Source of the DNA: Sedimentisphaera cyanobacteriorum
GTDB lineage: Bacteria; Planctomycetota; Phycisphaerae; Sedimentisphaerales; Sedimentisphaeraceae
Direction: 5' to 3'
Assembly (NCBI RefSeq): GCF_001997385.1
Contig: NZ_CP019633.1
Span: forward strand, 600,001 to 632,000
Length of the DNA: 32,000 nucleotides
Shown one piece after another: positions 16,411-24,246 of the stretch; the first letter of the stretch is position 1, and every line of letters starts with the position of its first letter. The position numbers and the translations under genes were made by a program. The notes under the pieces are model-generated. The model was not told the DNA's origin and ran no database searches. It saw only the letters and a list, made by a program, of their open reading frames with translations.

Positions 16411-16929
16411 TACAATTACTCAAAAGTCTGCTGTACAATGATTTTCAAATCCAACCGCTGGATTCGACGGCTGTCCGGGACCCCGATACATCGGGACTGT
16501 TTCCCGGACACCTTTTCTTATTTTCAATTCTTCCGGCCAGTTGAACATGGTGGTAGTTGTGCAACTACCGATTGTGATTACAACCAATATCAAACTAATT
16601 GTCAAAATTTTGTTTTTGGGCTAAAATTTAAGGTTGATTTCATCCGTCGTTCATAAAAATTACTCATTGTGGTGTCAAAACAGAGTCATGATTTGACAGC
16701 TGGATATTTCGGAATATCCTTAAAAATACGGCTCTTAATATCAATATTAATCTCTAAAGAAAAGGGATAGTTTTGCAAACTGACCCTTTAGATTAACTGA
16801 ACCAATCTTCAAAAACCAAACTTTTTCATAGCATTTCTGAATTCAAAACATACCTTCTTATTTTATAGCCCAATTTCTTCCAATTTCTTTTTTTCTTCTA
16901 TAACTTCTTTCATCAATTCAGCCTGTTTT

Positions 16930-18327
16930 TCAATTTCTTCGGGGGTGGAGTTTTCCATGACAAGTTTCACCTGCTCTTTGTTGTTGAACTGGCCAATAAA
17001 TAATATCTAACTTAACTACTCCACCATCATCTTTAAAGTTTTCTCCAACACTGTAGAGTTTAAAGCCGTCCCCCATTAGTCTATAAATTAAAGAACCGTT
17101 GCTGTAAGAATCATTCGGAACAGTTTGCAAATATCTTGAAGAAACAAGTTCATTAATTGTTTCAGGGAATTGCCCCTTATCAATCCTGTATCGTAAAGTT
17201 GCAAGAACAGTAACCAAAGCTTCAGCCTGCATTCCTGTATTGTTATATAATTCAAAGATATTTTGGGGATTTATACAAAAAAGTTTTAGAAACCAGTTGT
17301 TTTTATTTATGCCTTCTATTTCATTGAAAAAATCATGTGCTTCATTTTTAATCTGCCAAGGCGTTTTTCCCATTAATTTTGCCGATAGGGCAAAGACTTT
17401 TTCAATTTGCCCAACAACCTCATTTCTGGTTGGTCCTGCAAAACAAGCATGCAATCTTTGTTTAAGACTATTGCCTTTTCTCTGAAGATCGGATTTATTC
17501 AATTCGGCTAAGAGGCTAACATACCAGCCAGCTCTCCAAGCCAAACGCCCAGTGCCTTTGCCGTTATCAATGAAAGTCCGCTGTAATGCGTCATAGAGAA
17601 AGTACTTCTCCGTTTGTATGTCTGGTATATAATCATTGTTGTCAAGTTCTGATTGCAAAGCATCCTGGAAAAATTCCAATGCCGTGCTTTCAATATTTGA
17701 TTTGCTTAGAATGACAAAAGTGGTTTTAAAAGTTTCTTCTTTTATGTTGAGTCCATTAAGCTGTTCTACTAATAATAGACTCGAACGACATTTATGCTGG
17801 CCCGCATTGTAACAGAAGAGGATGTCCTCAAAAGCCTGCTGAAATTGACCTTGGATAGCCTTGGTTTTCGCCTCCCAGAGCAATGCTTTGGTTAACTGAC
17901 AAAACAAATCTAATTCAGGAACCATTATACCTGCTACAGTACTGTCCCTTTCAGACCTTCTTTCCAGCCAATAATAGGGCTTTTGGGAGGCTTCTCTAAA
18001 ATATCCAAATGCTTGCTCGTTTGAAGCTAACCACTGACTGAGGGTATTCTGGTCAGACTCGTTGAGATCTGTAGGCCAGTTTTTCAAGGGCCATCTAAAC
18101 TGGCTAGGCATATCAATGAACATGTCGAAGGCTTTCTGATAAGATGGAGCAGCATTTTCATTGGGGTCATAATCCTGCGGGCAAGCCGTTCGGTTGTATT
18201 CAGCTACATAATCAACTGTGATTTTGGGCTTAGCAGTCAAAAACAATATTATCTTCAGAATTAACAGAGCCATCAAAAATATAATGGCTGCTAAAAACCA
18301 CTTTTTAGTTATTATAAATGTGTTCAT
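16930..18327 (-). CDS. Hypothetical membrane-anchored protein (single N-terminal TM helix; C-terminal GspG-like motif)
   Basis: 465-aa ORF, 13 nt downstream of the preceding gene, with SD AGAGG. N-terminal hydrophobic helix WFLAAIIFLMALLILKIILFL. C-terminal VPNDSYSNGSLIYRLMGDGFKLYSVGENFKDDGG. I recognised no catalytic motifs. Confidence 0.6.
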   Translation of the reverse strand: MNTFIITKKWFLAAIIFLMALLILKIILFLTAKPKITVDYVAEYNRTACPQDYDPNENAAPSYQKAFDMFIDMPSQFRWPLKNWPTDLNESDQNTLSQWLASNEQAFGYFREASQKPYYWLERRSERDSTVAGIMVPELDLFCQLTKALLWEAKTKAIQGQFQQAFEDILFCYNAGQHKCRSSLLLVEQLNGLNIKEETFKTTFVILSKSNIESTALEFFQDALQSELDNNDYIPDIQTEKYFLYDALQRTFIDNGKGTGRLAWRAGWYVSLLAELNKSDLQRKGNSLKQRLHACFAGPTRNEVVGQIEKVFALSAKLMGKTPWQIKNEAHDFFNEIEGINKNNWFLKLFCINPQNIFELYNNTGMQAEALVTVLATLRYRIDKGQFPETINELVSSRYLQTVPNDSYSNGSLIYRLMGDGFKLYSVGENFKDDGGVVKLDIIYWPVQQQRAGETCHGKLHPRRN

Positions 18328-18340
18328 TTTTAAGTACCTC

Positions 18341-21300
18341 TTAAGGATCTAACTCCATTTGATTAATCAATCCATTTCCGTACAGAAGAATATTATCATC
18401 TGTATCAGGAGCACCGATATCAAGCATACCATTATCACCCCACATAGCCCTACGCATTCCTATGCCACCATGTGTTTGAGTATAGTAAAAGGCGTCATAA
18501 ATATCATCACCAGCTCCCATTCTCTCCCAGAACATTCTTATGCCTTCAGTTGTATCACCAACAATCTTTTCCATAATGCTTTTTGAAACGAGTACTTTTA
18601 TTTTCCAGCCAATGAAAATTTGATCTTTGCTTCCTTGGCCCTGTAGAGAAAATACACCGTAAGCAGCAGCCATATCTGTGTACTTGGCACTCAAACAACC
18701 ATCAACAAAGACTATCTTTTTATTCCAGGAATCATGCATTCCAAGGCTCCATAAGCTAAATCCTCTATTATCCCAATTATCAGGTAGCGGCTCCTGAGAA
18801 TCAAAATAGGAAAACACTCCAATTTTTTCCCATTTGTCAGGCCACCAGTTCCTTACAGTGTGTTTCCAGCACTCAGTATTGGTTCTTTGCACACCAGGAA
18901 TTTCAAGCCTCTCATTCCTGCCAACATGACTGTTTGCATGACCACACCAGTAGATGTATTTTACACCAGACTTGTTATAGAGGTATGTCAGATTTTCCGA
19001 AGTTACATTCTTGTGGTATAAAGCAAGCCAGGTTACACCTCTTGCCTCACAAGCTTCGGCACACTCAATGATAGCCGGCTTTCTGACCTTAAATACATCC
19101 TTGTTTGGTAGAACAATAACCATTCTGGCACCATTGGGCCAGTCTGATTGTTTGAACTCCTTTGTAAGATCTTTTGATGTAACTGTAGGGGTACTTGCTG
19201 CAGCTCCACCACCCATCGCCATCATAGCACCACCTGTCTCAGTGATAGTAATCTCACAAAACTGTTCGCTGCCAAAAGTTGCTCCGGGAACAATAATGTT
19301 TACATGCGGGGCGCTGTATGTATTTGACCAGATTACCTGATCATCCTGGTTGGTAACCTGCACATCTAGGGTATTGCCGCCATCATAAAACCCGCTGTAC
19401 TTATAATCTTCAGTAGGATGGAAGTAATCACTGGTTGTAACTTTGTAAAGCAGGTTGTTGAAATATACCTTGACGGGCTTATGGTTGATTACGCTACCCC
19501 ATAAATCAGTAGTTACAATCCTGATTGTATGCCAGCCGTTTGAGAACTTATCGCTTTCCAAACCAACCCAATTATTCTCATTATCCCAGTCAAGCAGCAA
19601 GTTATCTATCAAAATGTTGTCCAGATAAATAGATATGACTCCTCCATAGAGAGGGGCATCTTCAAGATATATGCCTACGTGCCCATAAATATTATTCGGG
19701 TCTAAAGTAACTTGTGTCTCAAGGTCCAGTATCTTAACAGCCATATCATCAGACATCCACTGTCCTGCTAAAACTGCAAAATCACTAAAGTTTGCTATTC
19801 CATCGTCATCGAAGTCAGCAGAAACAGGATCAGGGTTTAGCCATTGGTCAGCAAATTCAGCTAGGTCCAGTATATCCACGCTCTCATCCCAGTTAAGGTT
19901 GGCGGCGGGATACATATCCATCCTCGTTGTTTGATAATGCGGCCAGATATCCCCAACTCCCTCGTCAGGTTTACCATCTATCCTGGTCGTCCATCCCGGG
20001 AATACGGAGAGAGATGAGCCATTATCAACAAACTGCGAATTAGGATCGAGGAATATTCTGTAATCGTTCGGATCAATAACAAACGGATCATTCGTCTCAT
20101 AGACCGGATCAGTAAAAGGCATTTCCGGGAAATTTTTGTTCTGGTAGTTGTTATACAAACCGGGACAAATTATACTGAACGCAACATAACTATCCCAGCC
20201 ATTGAACCCGGAGTAACAATTTGTGGCCACGCAATCCCTTGAATAGAAATTTGGAGTATTTGGCTCATCAGGAACCCCATACACTGTAAAAGCATCATCT
20301 CCATCGTCAGCTAAGCAATTATAAATCTCAAAGTCTGGCTTTACAAAAGCTATGCTACTATCCATACTCTCTGGAATAAAGCAATAGGCCAGTCCGTAGT
20401 ATTGCCATTCTGCCGACCACTCTCCAAAGTAGCTCACATAGGAGTTCATAATCTTATTAGAACCGAGACTATGGATTCCATTATAACAACCCAAGGCATA
20501 GATATTCGATATCGGGTACTCAAGCTGCTGGTCAGCAAGGACCCCGTAGTAGTGGCCACTCAGATACAGATTGTTAAGCAAACATCTTGTTCCCGCAGTT
20601 CTGTCAACAAGAATGCCGCAATAATTATTGAAGAACGGATTTCCTGATTCCCCGACAACCCAGACAGGTTCTGCAGGATTGTTCGTATCTCCCGGAGGCT
20701 GGATATCATTGGGTTTGTTCGAATCCGGTGCTGGCTCGCCGAAATATACATTTGCTCCATCATAGATCACTATTCCGTAATCCCAGTCTTCTGCAAGAAC
20801 GATAGTTGTACCGGAGGGAATTACAACGTCAATTTCTTCTCCGCTCAGACCATGAATCAGTAATGGAGGATTCGAAACATAATAAACCTCATTAGGGTCC
20901 AGTACGCAACTGGCAGTAATTTCGGATAACTCTATCTGTCCTGCACCCAAAGTTATCATGCCCTGAGAGCCAGAACCTTCTTCGCCAAAGGAAGAAAATG
21001 TAAATCCTGCTGGCACATTGTATCCGTTGACAGTATTCGGGCAAACTACGGGGAAAGCATCAGCAGCACTAACACTATGAGCAAGAGGACCATTCAACAG
21101 AAGTTCACCCAGATCATCGTTGCCTGGCTCAGGATCAGAAGGCTGTGATTCTACGGATGGTTCAGCAGGGGCAGCCTCTGTCTCCAATTCTTCTTCAATA
21201 GCCTGGGGCTCTTCAACAGGGGGTATCCAATGCAGGGCATCATAACCAATGCCAAAGGCAATTACTAAATCAGTTTCAGGCGTGTAAAAAAGAACAAGCT

Positions 21301-21637
21301 CATAAATATGGTCGTCATCAGCGTGCAGATTCGCAACTCCCAGAGCAGTACCTTCTTCTTCAAAGCTGAAGAGGTAGGAGTCATTTGGTTCTTTCACCAC
21401 TGACTCAATATTGGTAATTGGTTCAATCTTACAGCCCATTTCAGCAGTGACAAAATAATTAACATCTTTCTCCTTCTCACCTTCAATGGAGATTATAATT
21501 TCTTCACCGCCTTTTATCTCAGCAAATTCCTTAGCTGCATCAATGCCGTTTATTAGAAGTAAGACTTCTGCATTGGCAATAGAAGATATTACAAGAATTG
21601 ATAAAAAAACTACCGCAAGAATTTTCCCTCTTTTCAT
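18341..21637 (-). CDS. Large secreted protein: probable beta-helix region, dockerin-like repeat pair, C-terminal possible clan-CD-like His/Cys domain
   Basis: 1098-aa ORF with SD AAAGGAA and signal peptide MKRGKILAVVFLSILVISSIANA. It has an acidic linker (EEPQAIEEELETEAAPAEP), repetitive Gly/Asn/Tyr-rich strands, and the dockerin-like pair NWDESVDILDLAEFADQWL...DFDDDGIANFSDFAVLAGQWM. Near the C-terminus: KYIYWCGHANSH and KKIVFVDGCLSA. Confidence 0.7.
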   Translation of the reverse strand: MKRGKILAVVFLSILVISSIANAEVLLLINGIDAAKEFAEIKGGEEIIISIEGEKEKDVNYFVTAEMGCKIEPITNIESVVKEPNDSYLFSFEEEGTALGVANLHADDDHIYELVLFYTPETDLVIAFGIGYDALHWIPPVEEPQAIEEELETEAAPAEPSVESQPSDPEPGNDDLGELLLNGPLAHSVSAADAFPVVCPNTVNGYNVPAGFTFSSFGEEGSGSQGMITLGAGQIELSEITASCVLDPNEVYYVSNPPLLIHGLSGEEIDVVIPSGTTIVLAEDWDYGIVIYDGANVYFGEPAPDSNKPNDIQPPGDTNNPAEPVWVVGESGNPFFNNYCGILVDRTAGTRCLLNNLYLSGHYYGVLADQQLEYPISNIYALGCYNGIHSLGSNKIMNSYVSYFGEWSAEWQYYGLAYCFIPESMDSSIAFVKPDFEIYNCLADDGDDAFTVYGVPDEPNTPNFYSRDCVATNCYSGFNGWDSYVAFSIICPGLYNNYQNKNFPEMPFTDPVYETNDPFVIDPNDYRIFLDPNSQFVDNGSSLSVFPGWTTRIDGKPDEGVGDIWPHYQTTRMDMYPAANLNWDESVDILDLAEFADQWLNPDPVSADFDDDGIANFSDFAVLAGQWMSDDMAVKILDLETQVTLDPNNIYGHVGIYLEDAPLYGGVISIYLDNILIDNLLLDWDNENNWVGLESDKFSNGWHTIRIVTTDLWGSVINHKPVKVYFNNLLYKVTTSDYFHPTEDYKYSGFYDGGNTLDVQVTNQDDQVIWSNTYSAPHVNIIVPGATFGSEQFCEITITETGGAMMAMGGGAAASTPTVTSKDLTKEFKQSDWPNGARMVIVLPNKDVFKVRKPAIIECAEACEARGVTWLALYHKNVTSENLTYLYNKSGVKYIYWCGHANSHVGRNERLEIPGVQRTNTECWKHTVRNWWPDKWEKIGVFSYFDSQEPLPDNWDNRGFSLWSLGMHDSWNKKIVFVDGCLSAKYTDMAAAYGVFSLQGQGSKDQIFIGWKIKVLVSKSIMEKIVGDTTEGIRMFWERMGAGDDIYDAFYYTQTHGGIGMRRAMWGDNGMLDIGAPDTDDNILLYGNGLINQMELDP

Positions 21638-21667
21638 GGCTCATATTCCTTTCTTATCATTTTAGTT

Positions 21668-21706
21668 AGTCGTTCCTGAAAAATCATTGATTTTTCAGGA
21701 ACGACT
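21668..21706. repeat. Perfect 39-bp palindrome (19-nt arms, 1-nt centre)
   Basis: agtcgttcctgaaaaatca t tgatttttcaggaacgact. It sits 30 nt upstream of the ATG at 21637 and overlaps the last codons and stop of the truncated IS5-family transposase ORF. Confidence 0.95.
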
Positions 21707-22034
21707 CAATAGGAGGCTCGTGCTGGAAGTATCTTTCGCCGCAGAAATACTGCCAGTAAGGATTCTCAACCCAGCCGGCAACGATTGCTTCATCGCTGAG
21801 ATTGAAAGTGTACTTGAGATACTGAAGGCCGACCATCAGGCGAATCGGCTTGGCCGGCCTGCCTGAATCAGGACTGTATAAACTGCCAAACTTTTCTTCA
21901 AAGCGAGACCAGTTGACAACCTCTGAGAGTTGGACTAAAGAGTGATCAGGATTTACAAGAGGTTTTAATGGCTGCTGAAAGAGTAAGCCTGCTTTATTGT
22001 TTTTTGCCTTCATTATTTTGTCCCAATATTGCAA
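21684..22034 (-). pseudogene. IS5-family transposase, N-terminal (DUF772/InsH N-terminal domain) fragment
   Basis: HSLVQLSEVVNWSRFEEKFGSLYSPDSGRPAKPIRLMVGLQYLKYTFNLSDEAIVAGWVENPYWQYFCGERYFQHEPP matches the conserved IS5/InsH N-terminal domain pattern. The DDE catalytic domain is absent, and the reading frame runs into the palindrome and stops. Confidence 0.75.
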
Positions 22035-22137
22035 TGTTTTGATAGATGTAAGATAAACACTTGCAATATTATACCATATCTCGAAAGCTTTTCAATCATA
22101 TAAACCATTATCAGAAAAGAATTTAAGGAAATTTTAA

Positions 22138-22839
22138 ACTTTTTCAGGGGCGACTACATACACCGCCGCAGGCTGGGACTTCTCCGAAGGCGGGAGCTGG
22201 AAGATGGCAACGCTCGACGGCCAGACCGGCAGATATCCAATGCTCGGCTGGCAGAAACGCCCGAAGGTTGGCCTGCATGAATTTGTATGGGTTGCGAGGA
22301 ACTGGGGAGAAATCGGCTTTGCCCCCGAGAGCGAGCCGAATCTTGTGGACTTCTCGAAAGACGGACATATCGATATATATGATCTGATGATGCTCGGAGA
22401 GAGCTGGTGGCAGGATTTGCCCGCAAGGGATGCTTTCGAGCCGGATGAGGATTTCAGCAGCGGTCAGCTTCCAAGCGGCTGGCAGGCCGGAGGCGATGCA
22501 GGCTGGCTGATAACTCAGCACGCAGAAGACTATGCAATTCGCTCCGAACAGATCGGCGATTCGCAGTGCGCAAGCATAACGCTTACCCGCGATACGAGAT
22601 TCCTCGGGCGTATAAGCTTTGATTATCTCGTTTCGAGCGAAGAGGGGTTCGATGGGCTTGCATTCGTAATAGACGGCGAGCCGCAGGCGAAATTCTCCGG
22701 CGAAACCGGCTGGCAGACGTGCAGCTTCGAATTCACACCCGGAGAACATACCTTTACGTGGTCGTACTGCAAGGATTCATATTGGCAGGCCGGCAATGAT
22801 ATGGGAATGATAGACAATATCCAGTTTACAGAGGAGTAA
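22138..22839 (+). pseudogene. 5'-truncated gene for a dockerin-containing secreted protein with a C-terminal jelly-roll lectin-like domain
   Basis: The frame is open from 22138, directly abutting the IS remnant, with no signal peptide. Motifs: GRYPMLGWQ, canonical dockerin loop DFSKDGHIDIYDLMMLGESWW, and C-terminal GRISFDYLVSSEEGFDGLAFVIDGE...GEHTFTWSYCKDSYWQAGNDMGMIDNIQF. An internal ATG at 22204 could still allow a 211-aa product. Confidence 0.55.
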
Positions 22840-22956
22840 AAGAAAATAAGCAAAATTTAACCAGTTATCTTACTGCAGGGTGAATTGCCCCCTCTAAAAA
22901 TCTTAGTTGAACTTAGCCTTTTACAGCGACTGAAATATTTTTACTGCAGCAAAATG

Positions 22957-22999
22957 GAGCAGAGCAAGCAAAAACTGATGCTTCCCTGCTCTTTTTGTT
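22957..22999 (+). terminator. Rho-independent terminator candidate
   Basis: Imperfect hairpin (gagcag...agca / tgct...ctgctc) followed by TTTTTGTTT, about 120 nt after the stop at 22839. Confidence 0.35.
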
Positions 23000-23029
23000 T
23001 CCGAAGAGAATGTGCCTTAAAGTTTGTTT

Positions 23030-23058
23030 TTGACAGAAGATTCAGATTGCCTTACAAT
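23030..23058 (+). promoter_or_regulatory. Near-consensus sigma70-type promoter upstream of the cytidylate-kinase-like gene and V-ATPase operon
   Basis: TTGACA (23030-23035), an exact 17-nt spacer, and TACAAT (23053-23058). This predicts a ~135-140 nt leader before the ATG at 23203. Confidence 0.4.
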
Positions 23059-23202
23059 TATAATGCCGTCATTATGGGATTATTTAAAAATGATTCTATA
23101 AATTTAATCGAACAAACTCAGGGGCGGTGCGAAAAGGGTTACTAAAGGTAACGAAGCCCCGGCTGAGTGTATGTTCGCTGTTATATATTGCGGAGAACAG
23201 CT

Positions 23203-23877
23203 ATGCGTTCGGGTTTTAAAAACTATTATACCCAGCAGCGTTCGAGGAATTCGAACGTTAAAGAATGCCCTTTTCTGACAATCTCGCGGGAATACGGCTG
23301 CTGCGGGATTGAGCTGGCTGAAAAGGTGGCAGATTTAGTTGAGCAGAGATGTTCGGTTAAGTGGGAAATATACCACAAGGACCTTCTCCAGAGGCTTGCA
23401 AAAGAGGCAGGCGTGGATTTTGATACCATTGAAAAACAGAGATTGGCAAAGCCCGGGATAATAAACGAGTTTTTGAGCAATCTCAAGCAGACAAATATAC
23501 CGGACGGATACGAGATTCGCAAGCGTGTTGCCTTTATGGTGAGAGATATTGCAGGGAAAGGCAATGCGGTGATTGTCGGGCAGGGCGGAGCTGCTGCCAC
23601 AGGCGATATGGCCGGCGGGCTTCACGTACGAATAGAGGCTCCGAGGCATTGGCGAGTTTTGAGAGTCCGCAATCAGGAAGGCCTGAGCGATAAGGATGCA
23701 GAAAAAAGGCTTGAAGAACTGGAAAAGTCCAGGATACATCTGCACAGGGCTTACGAGGCGATGTGCCCGAGGCGGCCTGCTTTTAATCTGCTGTTTGATA
23801 ACAGCAAATTTACGGCAGAGCAGATATCAGAACAGATATTTTACGCTATGAAGCTTTGCGGGATGATAAAAATATAA
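23203..23877 (+). CDS. Cytidylate kinase-like family protein (P-loop-less AAA_28/CMK-like)
   Basis: FLTISREYGCCGIELAEKVADLV matches the ITISREYGSGG start of the cytidylate-kinase-like family. ATG 23203 is preceded by GGAGA at 6 nt. The track's GTG at 23167 would overlap a predicted leader hairpin. Confidence 0.7.
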   Translation: MRSGFKNYYTQQRSRNSNVKECPFLTISREYGCCGIELAEKVADLVEQRCSVKWEIYHKDLLQRLAKEAGVDFDTIEKQRLAKPGIINEFLSNLKQTNIPDGYEIRKRVAFMVRDIAGKGNAVIVGQGGAAATGDMAGGLHVRIEAPRHWRVLRVRNQEGLSDKDAEKRLEELEKSRIHLHRAYEAMCPRRPAFNLLFDNSKFTAEQISEQIFYAMKLCGMIKI

Positions 23878-23916
23878 TGAGCTTTCGGATAAGCTTTTAA
23901 TTTGAGGATATAGACA

Positions 23917-24240
23917 ATGGAGCTCATCAAGAAAATCAAAGATGCAGAAAAGAAGGCTGAAGAGATTGAAGCTAAGGCAAGAGCCGATGCTGAGGGCGAA
24001 ATGAAAAAGGCGGAGGCTGAAAGAAAGAAAAAGCTCAGCGATGCCGAGTCTTCCAGAAAGCAGAAGATTGATAAGGCGGTTAAGGATGCCCGCAGCGAGG
24101 GGTATGTTGAAGCAGATGCCATAGACAAAAACTCCAAATCCCAGTGCAGTGAGCTGGAAAACGTGAGTCAGTCGAGCGTGGAGGCAGCTTCGGATATGCT
24201 TGTAAACAGAGTGCTCTCAATGGCGGATAAGCAGGAGTAA
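23917..24240 (+). CDS. V/A-type ATPase peripheral-stalk subunit G/H-like
   Basis: 107-aa highly charged helical protein (IKKIKDAEKKAEEIEAKARADAEGEMKKAEAERKKK). It is the first gene of an operon with the canonical G-I-K-E-C-F-A-B-D order. SD GAGGA. Confidence 0.7.
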   Translation: MELIKKIKDAEKKAEEIEAKARADAEGEMKKAEAERKKKLSDAESSRKQKIDKAVKDARSEGYVEADAIDKNSKSQCSELENVSQSSVEAASDMLVNRVLSMADKQE

Positions 24241-24246
24241 AAACTT

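Larger units (their letters stand above)
21668..22155 (-). mobile_element. Decayed IS5-family element (about 0.49 kb remnant)
   Basis: It contains only the N-terminal quarter of a DUF772/InsH-type transposase. The outer ends carry inverted copies of a 16-nt motif: 21668-21683 is the reverse complement of TTTTTCAGGAACGACT, and 22140-22155 reads TTTTTCAGGGGCGACT (14/16 match). Confidence 0.55.

Noticed and set aside
16420-16605. 61-aa ORF with a lipoprotein-like N-terminus (LILVVITIGSC) just upstream of the ABC-ATPase stub
   Set aside because: It has only a TTG start, no SD, and a stop codon 5 codons upstream. It lies in a region of decayed genes. It may be a remnant, but it cannot be supported as a live gene.
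16863-16958. 31-aa charged ORF (MENSTPEEIEKQAELMKEVIEEKKKLEEIGL) overlapping the 3' end of the 465-aa gene in another frame
   Set aside because: It is very short with no SD. The composition follows from the A/G-rich sequence and there is no independent support. I considered a frameshifted C-terminus of the 465-aa protein, but that protein already ends after its conserved ...KDDGG...IIYWP motif.
22144-22749. 201-aa ORF on the - strand opposite the truncated dockerin/lectin gene
   Set aside because: The + strand frame carries a canonical dockerin loop and conserved domain motifs. The minus-frame product is low-complexity and Ala/Arg/Pro-rich.
22885-23145. 86-aa ORF in the intergenic region before the cytidylate-kinase-like gene
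   Set aside because: It has a non-ATG start and no SD. It also runs across a terminator-like hairpin and the near-consensus promoter, so this is more plausibly non-coding regulatory DNA.
23841-24137. 98-aa Ser/Ala/Leu/Phe-rich ORF antisense to the V-ATPase G-like subunit
   Set aside because: It is the low-complexity mirror image of the Lys/Glu/Ala-rich sense gene and has no start context.
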